Below, piece by piece: positions 1 through 13,300 of a DNA stretch of 64,000 bases. Location of the stretch: the NCBI GenBank assembly GCA_051362555.1, contig CM120647.1, positions 17,274,651 through 17,338,650 of the forward strand, written 5' to 3'. Position 1 is the first letter of the stretch; the number at the start of each line of letters is the position of its first letter. The stretch is from Lingula anatina (Eukaryota > Animalia > Brachiopoda). Under the pieces are notes generated by a model. The model had not been told where the DNA came from. It did not search any database and was given only the letters and a program-made list of their open reading frames with translations. The translations under genes and the position numbers were made by a program.

Positions 1-558
1 AAAATTATTTAATGTCGCAATCAAAATTCAAAACCAAGCAAATATAAAATGTGTTCATCCAATTCACACAAGGGTTTCTCTTTGTTAATTATCGCCATCA
101 AAGGCCACGACTGACACATTTATTTCATGTTTACTCAAGCAAACACAAAGAACATTTCTCCTATTTTGTTGCGATAGTACCCTTAATGTCCTAATTAAAT
201 GTTAAGAGGTTACAAACCCGGTCTCGATTTGCACATCACATGAAAGCCCCCTCTCCCTATATAAATGGCGGTTAGGTGATACACGGTTTCTCACTATTCA
301 ATTTTAAGTGTTCGGGGTACAAAAGAAATTTAATGTCTTTAATTGTAAATAGCCGACAAAATCATAGATCTTGCCATATGAAAACGAACCCAGGTTTCCA
401 AAGATTGATAGGACCACTGGTAATATTAGTTTTAAAATTTACAAGCACTTGCTCTGCTGCGGTTAGAGGTACGGATGGTACAATAACACAGTCAGCAGTG
501 AGGGGGTATAATCTACTGCACTCTTTGACCACAGATCTGCCATAACTCAATGTATTAC

Positions 559-684
559 CTTGTTCCTCAGGCGGCTCGCCTCTCCTGTTTCCACCAGACC
601 GATGTCCACTGGTTTGGACACCGCTGCAACGATCAGTGCTGACCAAACGGCCATTCCAAAACCCACCGTTGACATGACCATCAT
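559..684 (-). CDS. First coding exon (signal peptide) of a secreted-protein gene continuing beyond the left window edge; possibly a tandem astacin paralog
   Basis: Minus strand ATG at 684 gives MMVMSTVGFGMAVWSALIVAAVSKPVDIGLVETGEASRLRNK, then a phase-0 donor AAG|GTAATA at 558. A TATAAAA lies ~95 bp upstream. The hydrophobic core followed by 'SKPV' matches exon 1 of the neighbouring astacin gene. Confidence 0.6.
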
Positions 685-776
685 TTGAAAGTTCCCTGAA
701 ACTCGGCTAATGGCTGTATCGGTGGCTTCAGCGGTACGGAAGACAGACTGCGGATAGCCTGGGACTCTATTGCTTA

Positions 777-783
777 TTTTATA
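777..783 (-). promoter_or_regulatory. Candidate TATA box for the gene starting at 684
   Basis: GGTATAAAATAAG on the minus strand, ~95 bp upstream of the ATG. Confidence 0.4.
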
Positions 784-1373
784 CCCATTTAATATATGCG
801 GAGGAACACATTATCCGCTGTTAACTACCATAAGTACTCTGCGATTTATTAAAAGTTGAATATCAAATAGTAATCAATGATAGCCAATGCCCTCAAAGGG
901 TAAGTCATGATTTATTATTAATAGATGCAAAGATAAAGACTGAAGTTTTAATTGTCCAAAAAGTCAGTCCGTTGAAGCCATTATAGTGACACTATTAAAT
1001 TTATGCCCTATATTTATGCGGCTTATGAAATTTAATTTTATATTTGAGGTCTCTAGCGCGCTCGTATGCTATTTACCATGTAAGACTGATTTATTGTTTT
1101 AATTGTATATAGGTCTTAGTCCTTTGGTCTTTGTTTTCTTTCACATACGTGTATATGAGGTCCTTTCTGTATATTGTGAGTCCAGTCGAAAGTTTTGTCC
1201 CCTTATTTAACCTGAAGCAGTATCTGATCGAAAGAGTTTAGGATCAAATAGCAAGTTAAGCTGCAGCGCCTACCCTCTTTTCAAGAACAAATCAATGTGA
1301 GAAAAGATGGGACAGGAGCACATTTAAGAACTACAGGCTGACTGTTTTACCCACTTAAATCTTATACCACGCC

Positions 1374-1410
<37 letters not shown>

Positions 1411-2372
1411 TTTGTTTATTTTTCGCTTAAGATTTGTAAAGATTATTTTGCTGCGATGATAGGTATTCAATAGAAATGGTCAAAGTTATATCCACCTTAA
1501 TTACCACACGCATAGGGCCTACGCGTACAAAAACGCTCGCTACTTAGTATCTAGTTTCACCTGTGCCCCTGTAGTAGTTATCAGTAAGACATTAAGCGGA
1601 ATTTAAACGTCTTATAACGCTGTACATCTTAATTAAAAAGTAGGCATCCATTTCCCCGAATATAGCTCCACTATATGATGCACCCACGCTCCCGAAGAAA
1701 GCCAGGTGGTTTTAATACCACTTACGAGGGTGTCAACCACTAACACTGGCGAACATGTAAGTAACTATAGTAGCACGTATTCAAAAAGAAAGCACATATT
1801 CTACGATAACAGGTGGTTCAACCATCTATTTCAGAAGTGTTAAAATGACACCTAAGTCCTTACATATCCGTAGCTAGGTGAAGACAGATGTTTGGACTTG
1901 ATCCCCCATCGGCACATGTTTAAATAACATACAACCCAGAGATACTGGTAAATGTACCTTGAATATCGACCTTACTCATTGGTAAATGTCTCTCACAAAT
2001 AAAAAAGAAAAGAAAAGGAGGGGGGATATCCAGCTGTTTCGTCAATTTTCAGCCTTCAATCACTGTTTTTCTACACCCATTACAACCTTCAGCAAGCTAT
2101 TTCTTATCATCTATTTTAATTAAAATGTCTGCTCTTTATGATACGAACTCGGACATGGATGGACATTCTCAAGCATTTGTCCTCTTTTTTGGTTAAGAAA
2201 GCGTACGTGCAGAATAATCTGGGCATTTTCTAGTGCAGTTAAGACGCTTTGTCCTAATAATTGTTCTAAATTCGGCGTAGGGACGCATGATACAGGTATC
2301 AGTACATGTATGTGAACGAGAATATTGTCACGTATTAGCTGCAGCCCCTCCGTCAAGCGGGTGACAATCTAA

Positions 2373-2632
2373 GGGCCCATTCCCAATGAAAACATCGTTC
2401 TACATATATCGTTGGTAAACCTCTCCTCCTGACGTTGATTAGAACACAGAAAAGTTGGGCCCAGTTTCGTCAACACTGCATAGGGCTATCCAGAGGATAA
2501 CACTATCCACTGTATAAAATTGTTATCCTATGGATAGCAAGAGAAGGCTGGTTAATCTGATTGCATTCAGCAAGAGTCCCAGCGGAGTTTTATTGATCAG
2601 CGTAGCACAGTAGTTTATTTGGGAATGAGCCC
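2373..2632. mobile_element. PIF/Harbinger-like MITE
   Basis: TIRs GGGCCCATTCCCAA / TTGGGAATGAGCCC, with TAA on both flanks (3-bp TSD). Confidence 0.7.
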
Positions 2633-4543
2633 TAAAAGGTCATTTGACCTAGATCGTAAAAAAAAACAAACTTTGCGTTATACCCAATTCGTGCCGCCAA
2701 GTACATGGGAGGCGCTTGTAGGTACACTCAAAGCGATTTGGAAATGGAAATAGTTCCATTTGACAAACAAGCTGCTCAGAAAGGATGGAAAAAACGACGT
2801 ATTAATATAGTCTAGCTAAGCTGCAGTAGGGCTGCCAGTATTTGATTTCTCATAAAGTATAAATCTGATATTCATCAATTCTGTTTGAAATATCTTAAAA
2901 TATGTTGACACGCGCTGTTCTCCAAGGCAGAGAGAAACGATAGTCTCAAGTGCGGCGAGTTTAAGTGTGGGGTTATAACAGCTTTTAGAAGGAAATTAAA
3001 AACACAGTAGACCGCAACTGGAGTGGAATGGTTTCCTCTAAATGGTACATGTACCAGTTATTAAGAAGATACAATGGTACTGAGAGTGCCCACGTGCACT
3101 TCCTTGAGAGACCTCAAGGACAATTTACCCCCAGCATATACAGGACGGCATACATCCCAGTTAAGTGACTGGGTCCTACTTGATAGACACACGACAACCG
3201 CAAGTCCTTGATACAAACAGGGACAAATGATAGCCATGTACAGTACGAGTAGATGCTGGATGAATTCGATCAAAAACTACGATTCCATTTTTTAACCTGA
3301 AATAGCGGTTAATTTAAGCACAACATCTTTTCAAAGTGGTGAGCTTAATTATTAATATAACTAGTAGACATTTGGCGAAGTTTGTGTTCAAAGTGCTCGT
3401 GCATTATACACAAATCTTCTGTGAAATGTTTTATGTCTCTGAAGTGTCAACTTTTTTCATTCTAATAAATCCACCAGTCTCTATTTCTTTCAGTCATCGT
3501 TTACATACGTAGGTTCTACAGGCATTAAGAATAATCTGCTCGCATATACAAATATATCATTTATCTTCTATTATAAACAAATAGAATCAAACAATAAGTA
3601 GTACGATTTGATTAATACTGAGAACACTCCTTATGCACAGTATAGAAATTATAAGCAAAAGCTGACGTTAGAATTCGTCATATTTTTACCATTGATGGTA
3701 TGTGGTTAAACAATGTAAACAAAACAACAACTGAAGGCAAATTGACAGATGTCCCATGTCTGTGGAATGATAAACTAAAGGTGAAATTTTTGTGTAGGAT
3801 CTTGACGCCATATACGACACCGTCAAACTATTGTTTTTCCTCGTGCGTCATACATGGAGTATTATATATTTTCATACCTATTTATATGTATGAATATATG
3901 CAATAAGATACAGGTATTAACATAAACGTAAAAGTACCAGTCCCCGAATTTTGATAATAATTCTAATGCCACACGACTAAGTACACTGCAACAAAATGTG
4001 ATCGGTTGATTTGCCATTACTTTTATATTTTCAGAGTTCTAAAGGCGTTTTCTCATTACCAGATTGTGATAGAAACAGCTGAATTTGAAAACGTCTTCAA
4101 ATAATATTTTTTCTTCCTTTTCACTTAGGAAAAACTGGGGAAGGAATAAAGGGAAAAACAGAGTACTGTACAAATTTATGCTTTCAACTTCCTTGCTAAA
4201 AGTACAGTACAAATACAAAATTACGTGCAGTAGTTATCTGTATATTATCTTATGTTTGAAGAATAAATTTTAGACATTCAAACTGCTATATGTGATACCC
4301 TGAATGAGTGCATTGGCACCTAGGTCATGTCATCAAAGATAAATGGGTGGACAGCGACCTAAACAGGGACAGGGGCTGGACACAGTATGATATATATTTA
4401 CACTAATAGCCTATTATCAGTGACTATTTATGGACTAATACGTACATGTAGGATTATGCATGTACGCTATATGTGACTCATTACGATAGCGTAGGGGATT
4501 TAAGAATTAGATTTATTTTTTTAATGTTCTTAATAAGGAAGAT

Positions 4544-4596
4544 CGTCATCGTCATCATCATCATCATCATCATCACGATAATCATAATCATCACTC

Positions 4597-4657
<61 letters not shown>
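4544..4657. repeat. Compound (CAT)n-(TAT)n microsatellite
   Basis: Directly visible triplet runs; they explain the poly-I/L and poly-N ORFs. Confidence 0.95.
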
Positions 4658-4659
<2 letters not shown>

Positions 4660-6048
4660 AACATTTCGTGAAAGCCACAAAACACCATTACAAGAAATTG
4701 GTGTCCGATGCCGTTAAAATGGGTGTCAATATTTTGGGTGCTGCAATAAGCAACAATTTCACATTGTGTAACATTTGTGCTATAAATTACATATATCTCC
4801 GTGAAATTATTATATGATAAATGAAAGTCATTCCTTTACTGTAGAAGATATCTAAGGTGCTAAAATGTTCAGTAATTGAACATTATACAACATTGGTCAA
4901 AAAGGTGGTCCCACCCAAATCCCATGTACTTTTATTTACAAATGATCACGCCACAGGTGTAAATTGCAATAAGCAATGCTTTTTATTTTAGATACCATAT
5001 CTTACATGATTGATCGCTAAGAAAATGCAAAATAGCGGTGAAAATATCTATATTTTATAACATAAATTCAAATTTAGAGTTTGCTCCCCTCTAATCCGGT
5101 TTTTCACTGTGACTTCTGCAGAGGTAAAGAAATGTCTGTTAAATAAAAAAGACACCACCAAATGTCACCAGATTTACACAAAATTAGCAAAAGGATGTGC
5201 GCGTTAAAGGTCACGTGTCTAAAAGCGTGTGTATCTACCGCGTACTACAATTATCTCTGACAACTTAGGCGATAATATCCTACACACACCCTTCCAAGAA
5301 GCCTTCTGCAACATGTCTTCAGACCCTCATCTGACCATTGATGGAATACAAGAAATGACTTGCTTCTTCAGCAAAACCAGCTTCCTTCCAGTGATGGTTG
5401 ACCAAGTTCCGGTATTTCTGGGGTCACTGAACGTAATATTCTCAGCTGATATTTCACTCCATCTGATAGAGCTTACTTCGGGGTGAACTCCAGGATTCAT
5501 TATGACAGCGCATTTGCACACGGCTCTTTTCTGACAAGTGGTTTGTTGCAGAAACAATGTTCTGTCATTGGTGGTTTTAGGGGGTGTCATACGCAAGCAA
5601 CCACCCACCATTATTATTTCTGTTCATAATATTATCATTAGCAACAGTGGCGGATTTAGACATGAGGTCAGGGGGGGTCCTGACCCCCCCCCCCCCTTTG
5701 ATTTCTGCAAACTATATCACACCAATATCTCCCTGTTGAAGTTAGAGTTTCGACTAGTGAATTATACTTCTGAACCGTACCAAAGGGCACCGCTTGCTCT
5801 CCAAACAAACAACAAAAATATTGGGCCATTGAGCATTGCGGACGCTTTGCAGCGAGACAGATTCAGACAAGATGATGTTGTCTGATAAATACACTAAATT
5901 TCGCAGCGCCTACAAGTATTTTCATTTTGTGGCGCTTTGTAAGTTTAACGACACAATTTTCTTACCTGCTACGTCATCTCCAAGATTGCAGCAGCCAGTA
6001 ATTCCAGGCCCGTTACCAACAATTGTAAAGGGGGGGGGGTCCTTTTTT

Positions 6049-6081
<33 letters not shown>

Positions 6082-7396
6082 ATTATTTTTTTTTTTTTTT
6101 TTTTTTTTTTTGTAAAACCTAAGTTAACCTAGATCAAATATACCCAGAGTGGAAATTTTTCCCAGCAAAAAGGGGGCTCTTTCGAAACCCTTCGACCCCC
6201 CCCCCCCCCCCCCCCAAGCTACGGGTCTCAATTCCATGTCAAGCACCTGCTGCCACCTACAGTAGGTTTCCGATTTCCGGTATTCTGGAATGCTGAGTAA
6301 CTAATGGTGTCTTTTTTTTAGTAAAATGATGCACCCACTATTACTTTCATTTGTAAAATAAAAACCGATATTATGAGTTAATTTCATCCCTCTTATTGGT
6401 ACATATCTCTTGTTTCGTCCCTCTGTTTCACTCTCCCTATCTCTCTCACACACTTTAACGAGCACGCGCACAAGCACACTCTCCCTCTCCCTCTCCGTCT
6501 CTATCACTCGCTTTTACAACAAAACACACACACACTTCTAACGCCTGGCCAACACCTTCTTCTTTGCCTCCAACTCTCTTGTTTAATCACAAGGTTTAAG
6601 TACAGAAAATCACTGCATAACAAGTGATTTGAAAATATTTGAATTTATTGTAAGTTGCACTCCAAGTACAAAATAATTGCATCAACTTTCTAACTAAGCA
6701 TTCTTGTTCGACTCATTATTTCAATTTGACATTTTATTTGTCAGGCAGTATCTCGAAAATTCATTAATACTTTGGTAAATTAATAAATAAATAATTAATT
6801 AATCAAAATATCACATTTTTGGCAAAAAATAGGCTTGTAATACATCAATTCACTTACGCAGTTCACTCAATGTTAATCAAATTAAAACATCAGAATTTAG
6901 ATGCCCGTGATGCTCGTGACAGAATATTTAACAATATTGAAATATCGATCCTTATTTAACTCAATGACTGACGTGCTACGAGACTAAATTAATTCATAAT
7001 AAAACACATAAATTGAGTCATGACGAAACCTGAAAATAAAAAAAAATGCACATAAAACTCACAATTAGAACAACGGTTCGTTTTTCCCTTGGATCTCACT
7101 GACATCCCTGCAAGAGTATAAGTCACACTAAAACTTCACGATTTATCACGTTCTTTCCATTGTTGTAACGGTTCCGTTAGAATACCGATCAATAAATAAA
7201 TAAATAAATAAACAAATAAATAATAAAAAAAAATACCGCCTCAGAAAAGAAGTATGCTCACGCTAAATTTCATAACTGAACCTTTGGTCGTTTCCAGCAC
7301 GGCCATTAACAGTAACTTTTCTATGTACCAACCACTCCGCGCTAAGCAAATACTCCTTAATTGGCTTAAAATATGGGTATACTTCCATGCAATGAC

Positions 7397-10300
7397 CTAT
7401 TCTTTGAACGTGTCCTTTACACACAGGCCATTTTCCTCGTGAGATCCCTCGCAACATTTACATCTGTAAATAAATAGATAATTATAAATGAATAAATAAA
7501 TAAATAAATGTAATTGAAAAAGATATCTGTGTCTTCAACAACAGAAACAAATAAGGACAACAGAAAGCAAAAAGTAAAGAGAAAAAAGAAGGTTATTTAG
7601 ATAAAGTCGACCCAAATCACTTACAGTCTTTCAATAATATTAATAATAGTTAATTGTTTATGAATCACTTTTTTCTTTGATATAAAAAAGACGGAAATTT
7701 TGAATGAATTTCTTCAGTAATGTATTAAGCATTAGACAAACAAATTAACAATTAAAATGTTTAAAATAATTAATTCTTAATTTCAATCTAAAACAAAATT
7801 GCCTAAGATAATAATTAAGTAACATACTTAGATTTATCGTGATGGAACAAGCACAAAAACGCCGTGCATGCCCTGGTTTCACACGGCTGCTCCTCTCTGG
7901 GAAATGAAATAGTTCAAAGAATTGTCACATTTACTGGTAATATACGTTTTTGGGTATTTAATTAACCAGAAAAAAGTTCATGCACCATATACTTAGAACA
8001 GCAGTTCAGTTTTAGGTCAACTTTTACATTTCGAAATTACCTAAATGCATGCGAAAAATAAATCAACCAATAGTGCATCCTGTTTGACGATTTTGAAATC
8101 AATTAAATTTTTTAATGCTATTAACATGAAAAGAATGTCTGTGGTCAACCAAGAATGCATATATTTCTAGAAAGAAGGCGAAAAAAAATATAACACAAAT
8201 ATTACATCTAGTGTAATACTGACTATTATCTAAAATGGGCAATGAATATGCGCCGATACCTTATAAAACAGCCGCCAAGCCCGTCATTAATTTGATAATC
8301 GTAGCAGAACTGGAACCGCATCTGCTGGCCACACCCGCAGTGGAGGTTACACGTCGTCCAGGGAGTCCAACCGCCATACATCCAATCGGGAACTGAAAAC
8401 AATAGCAAGACTAATAAATAAATAAACAGACAAACAAATAAATAAATAATTGAATAAAAACTAATGCAAGGCAAAACAGGCAACATGAACAGCAACACAT
8501 TTCGTAATTATGAAATGAAGCAACGACCAAGAGCGTCCATTTTATACTTAAATGATTCACGAATTAGACGAGTCGGCATAAAATGAATTCAAGAAGGAGG
8601 ATTATTCCAGACGGACTCCAGATAACACACGCACTTTTACACATTCGCCTCTTCTGGTCAAAGGCGGCGCCGTCACAGCATGTCTCCTTGCCTGTCACGC
8701 GGTCTCTGCAGGGGGGCTGGAACCCTTGTGCTCCATTGCACGCGCCACATGTGTGGTAAGGAATAATGATGTCCATGGTTGAAGTTGGCCTCGTTGTCGG
8801 CGCTTTTGTGGTAACTCCTGCTAAAGATATATAACACCTCATGTGAGAAGGCTTACAGCTAACTTACTAAAGGTTTACACAAATTTAAGTAAATGTAATC
8901 ATTAAGAATCGTGGAATGTTTCACAGCAAAACTGGATATTGTACTTTTGTTATGACTGTTATAATTAAAACATTGTGGAAACTATCTGTAAAGTGGAAAC
9001 TATTTGTAAAGTATGATAATATTGTTACCTTCGACGGCAATGTCTCTTGGGTCTACGTTTATCGGGCGGGAAATCTCTTCCCCCGTGATGGTCTTTATGC
9101 CAACGGTGTCATTACCGGACGGCTCGGCCTGTGGCGTTGTAAGCTCCTCCAGCTGAAGTGTGGTTGTAACCGCCTCTGGCGTTGCTTTGGGAGTGGTTGC
9201 TTTCGTGGCTGAATCTTTTGTCTCGTCGCCTTCTTCGTTTTCAGTTTCTTCCTTGTGTATGTCTTCGTCTATTTCTGTTGTGGTTGCGCTTGTGGTTATT
9301 TGGCTGGTCGTTGTGGTGGCGATGGTTGTTGTAGTTGGTGTAGTTGTAGTTGGTGTTGGTGTCGTAGTTGTCGTCGTTGGTGTCGTTGTTGTTGGTGTCG
9401 TGGTGGTGGTTGTTGGAGTCGTTGTTGTTGTTGTTGTTGTTGTTGTTAGTGTGGTAGTTTTCGTTTTTGTTGGTGTCGTGGTGGTTGTTGTTGGAGTCGT
9501 TGTTGTGGTTGGTGTGGTAGTTGTCGTTGTCGTCGTTGGAGTTGTAGTTGTCGTTGTTTTGGTCGTAGTTGTCGTTGGAGTTGTAGTTGTCGTTGTTTTG
9601 GTCGTGGTTGTCTCGGGTGTCGTGGTTGTGGTTTTGTAATTTTTGTTGATTTCTGTAATATGGCACAATCCTTGCATTCATTTACGTCAATATTTTAGCG
9701 ACAATAAGTACATTTACATTTTTTAACTTAAAAGTAGTAACAATACGTACATTTACATTTTTATAACCTTAAAAGTAATTTAAGACACTATATAAATGGA
9801 ATATATATAACCAGTCATGGGAACTGAATAGCCGATTATCAAAGAGTGACCGTCTATGTTTTACTTGTTATCATTTTAGTCGTCTATGATATACACAGAA
9901 AACTTGGACTTGTATGCTTCCTTACGTCAGCCGTGTTCCCAGTAAGATTGGGAGGACTCTTTTTGGTGAAATCTAATACTAAAGTCATTGCTTGGCAGCA
10001 ATTCTAACCTCTTTGTTGCCCCGCTGCTGTTGTTATTGGAGATAGAGACATTTTCACGTACATGTAGAGCGATCCATCTGTGGCGGTAAATTTTGAGAGA
10101 TTAAGGGCAGAGTAACAAACCCCAGTAAGCATAAACCCCGTTCTCGACACGCCATTTGAACTTTGTAGGTAGGAGACATTTTTCCAAAGAAAGCCTATTC
10201 CGGGTAGAACTTTCTCCTGGATATTAGGAAGCGAACTTGTGAAAGCGAGTGAAGTTCCTGAAGCATACATGGTAGAAAATCTAAAAACACAGCCACAGAT

Positions 10301-13300
10301 GCAACCCGAAGATATAACGCCCGTGTGATAAGGACTTAAAGTGATTGTTCAGATAAACAAAGACCTGACCCATATTGATGCTTTAAACTTTATTTAATCA
10401 TAGAATAATTTCGACAACTGCACATTTTCATTTTAATGAAGGCCTGAAGCGGCCCAGGGAGCTTGTCCCTTGGAAAACCGAAATATATCACAATGCAATT
10501 CGTTGTGACATCGACTCGACTGAAGGTATAAAATAGGCTCTGTCGTGGACCTCTCTCGAAGCGGAGATCGGAACAAACAGAGCGTTATCGCAGTGAAAGC
10601 CGCTTAAATGCAAGAATGACAAAAGGAATGACAAAAAGTGTAGGTAGGCGACACCACCTGCAATCTTGAATTTGATTTAAGCATTCTATTTTTGGAAGTA
10701 TGTAGTTTGTACCAAATTCTCGATATCTCGTAGACCAAAAAGATAAACTGTGGGTAACTATTATAAGAGGAAAGCCATTTCTCAAGAAAAATGTCCAAAT
10801 TATGATTTCAATTAAATAGCACTTCATAGGGCATATATATAGATACATACGGGGGAAAAGCAGCGCGAGGAAAAAAGAGTCACTTTCATTGCAGACGATT
10901 CATTTTGGCAGGTCGCACAATCAAGTGTCTTACACCACTAGAACTCTTGAAACCTAATCTTTATCTTGGTAAGCGAGACAAAAAGGGATATATGATATGA
11001 GGTATAGTAACCCGTCTTAATATTCTTTGGATTCTTTATCTTCCCTACTCGACGAAAATCCACGTGGTTTCTGACGTCAATCAGTAGAGCATATCTAGCG
11101 CAAACTCTCGCCTGAAAAGATAAAGAAGGCGGCTTCATTCTCAATTTCCGCCCATTTTATCTTATGCGCTTAAAGGGAATGGGTGGGGTGGGGTGAATGA
11201 CTGGAGACCAACTCAAGCTGGAAAACCGGGTGATTAAATGACTTCGTTGTAGTTAAAGTACTCCATACCAGCTTCCTATTGCAACTTTCCGTAAACGAGA
11301 CTCCGATCAGGAGAGAAAGACGCCTTTGTTCATAAAGATTTTTTTCTTTTTTTATAGACAGGTATCGGCTAAATAAAATTATACGTAATATTTTAATCAA
11401 TTATTAAAGTTTCCGTCCAGACTACCGTCTTTCTTATGTTAATTCCCAACACTGAGACTCATTTCACGATTTCCTTGTCGAAACACAACAGTCGAAAGTT
11501 ATCTTTACAGGCACCTTAAAGTGACAAAGTGCTAGATTCAAAACAAAAATTAATTCCATGTACATAAACCATTTCTTGGTGGACTTAACTGAGGACAAAT
11601 AATACTTTTTGGTCATATTTTAATGATATATGTCATAATTTTATTTCTAAAAACATAATCAATTCCACCTCCTTTCAAACCTCGCCACCCGTCAACCATC
11701 TTGACACCATTTTAAATAGCAAGGAATCCAGACGTCTGTATGAGAATTGAGCTCCAAGGGACGGAATATCTTGAAAACCCATCGCTTAAGCGTAGGTTGA
11801 GCACTTTTTCAGTCTCCCAAATGGTTAGAAAATTACGGCGAGTGTCAGGAACAGAGGATCGTAAGTTGATGTTGGTTAGTGGGATAAAAATACCGTCTAC
11901 ACCTGAAAAAAATTCGTTAAGTAAGAATTTTCCTACACCTTTAAAGGTAACGAAGGGTTAACATTTCGACATTATTATCTAAGTCAATATTGTGCAATTC
12001 CCATATCGCTAATACTGTTTTCTTTGGGTTTTACATCTGAGTTTTTTAGAAATGGAAAAAAAAGACATTTCCCTTTAAACAATATTCCAGCGCCCATTTG
12101 TGCACCAGTACACTTGGCGCTTATTCATAGTGACCGCCAAATCTGCACGGCACATACATAGTGACACTGCATTGTGGGATCGATGTGAGTTTAATTTGTC
12201 GGCTTACAGGGAAGGGTGTGTTTCCAGTAAATCCCCTCTATATAAACTTTAAAAAAAAAACAAGTGCGATCATATTTATTCTTTATTGACTAACAACGGA
12301 AGAAAATACTTACAGGTACGTGTAATAAGCATTAAAATAGTCTCCCTAGAACTTTCTCTTAAGCCTCCTGCCGTACCCTGTGGGACGAGTGGGTGGGAGG
12401 AAGGGACAATTAGAGGTATTAGATTTGCTGCCAGTCGTGACCATAACTCAATTAAAAGACCCGCGGGAACCAGTAGCACCAAGAAGAGTCTATCCAACTC
12501 CAGTAGAAACCCGTCTTATAAAAAAAATTCAATGACATTGACCCTTACTTGTGCTTACTAATAACTTGAACCCTCTTCGTGGATAAGCAAAACCATAAGT
12601 TCGGAACAAGACCAGGGCGTCGCTGTTTTTGGACCACTGTGTTTCTTTTGGAAGAACAGTGCCACAGAATCTGAAAATGGAATTTAAAAAGACGTAGGAT
12701 TTTTAACGCTCTGGTAATGTATTAAGCAGCGACGGGTCCAGGATTTTTTGAAGGGGGGTTCCGCCGATGCAAAGCCGATCCTCGCCCCCTCCCCTTGGCA
12801 TGGGTTCGGGGCCCACTTAAGAACCCCGAAAATTTTGGTATTTTAGATGGCGAATGGTGTCATTTGGTACGGTTTAGAACTATGATTCAGTTGGTCAAAA
12901 TTATAATTTCAAGAGGGGACCATTGGTGTGATTTTTTTCAGAAATCGAAGGGGAGATCAGGACCCCCCTGACCACCCTCTAAATCCGCCTCTGTTAAGCA
13001 TATGAAATAAAGTATGTAGGACAGATATGAGCGGTGGTGTATAAAACTTATAAAACAGGTACTGTATAGGACTAGATGTCTTGTATAAAATGTTTCTTTT
13101 GGAACCTTTAATGCAACGCTATCTTTGTATAAAGTTGAGTGGTGATTGTGCCATTTTTTCTTTGAGTTTTGTACATGAACGCTTGACCCTTGGTCGCTTT
13201 ATGACATGACCTCCGTCTCGGTCAGTGGGTGGACTACTTCAGCACTAAAAGGTTGATAAGAAATATGAAGAGGACTACGGAGGCCAATGGTCGACAACGT

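Noticed and set aside
4473-4817. Hydrophobic poly-Ile/Leu membrane-protein ORF
   Set aside because: It is a translation of a CAT/TAT microsatellite.
5229-5611. Overlapping ORFs that might be an exon
   Set aside because: No recognisable motif and no splice-compatible link to neighbouring genes.
5645-6230. Complete transposon starting CAGTGGCGGATTTAG
   Set aside because: Only one clear terminus and no TSD could be identified; probably fragments.
9160-9681. Poly-Val, poly-Asn/His and poly-Cys ORFs overlapping the Thr-rich exon
   Set aside because: These are alternative frames or antisense of the ACN triplet repeat. Only the Thr frame has phase-compatible splice sites.
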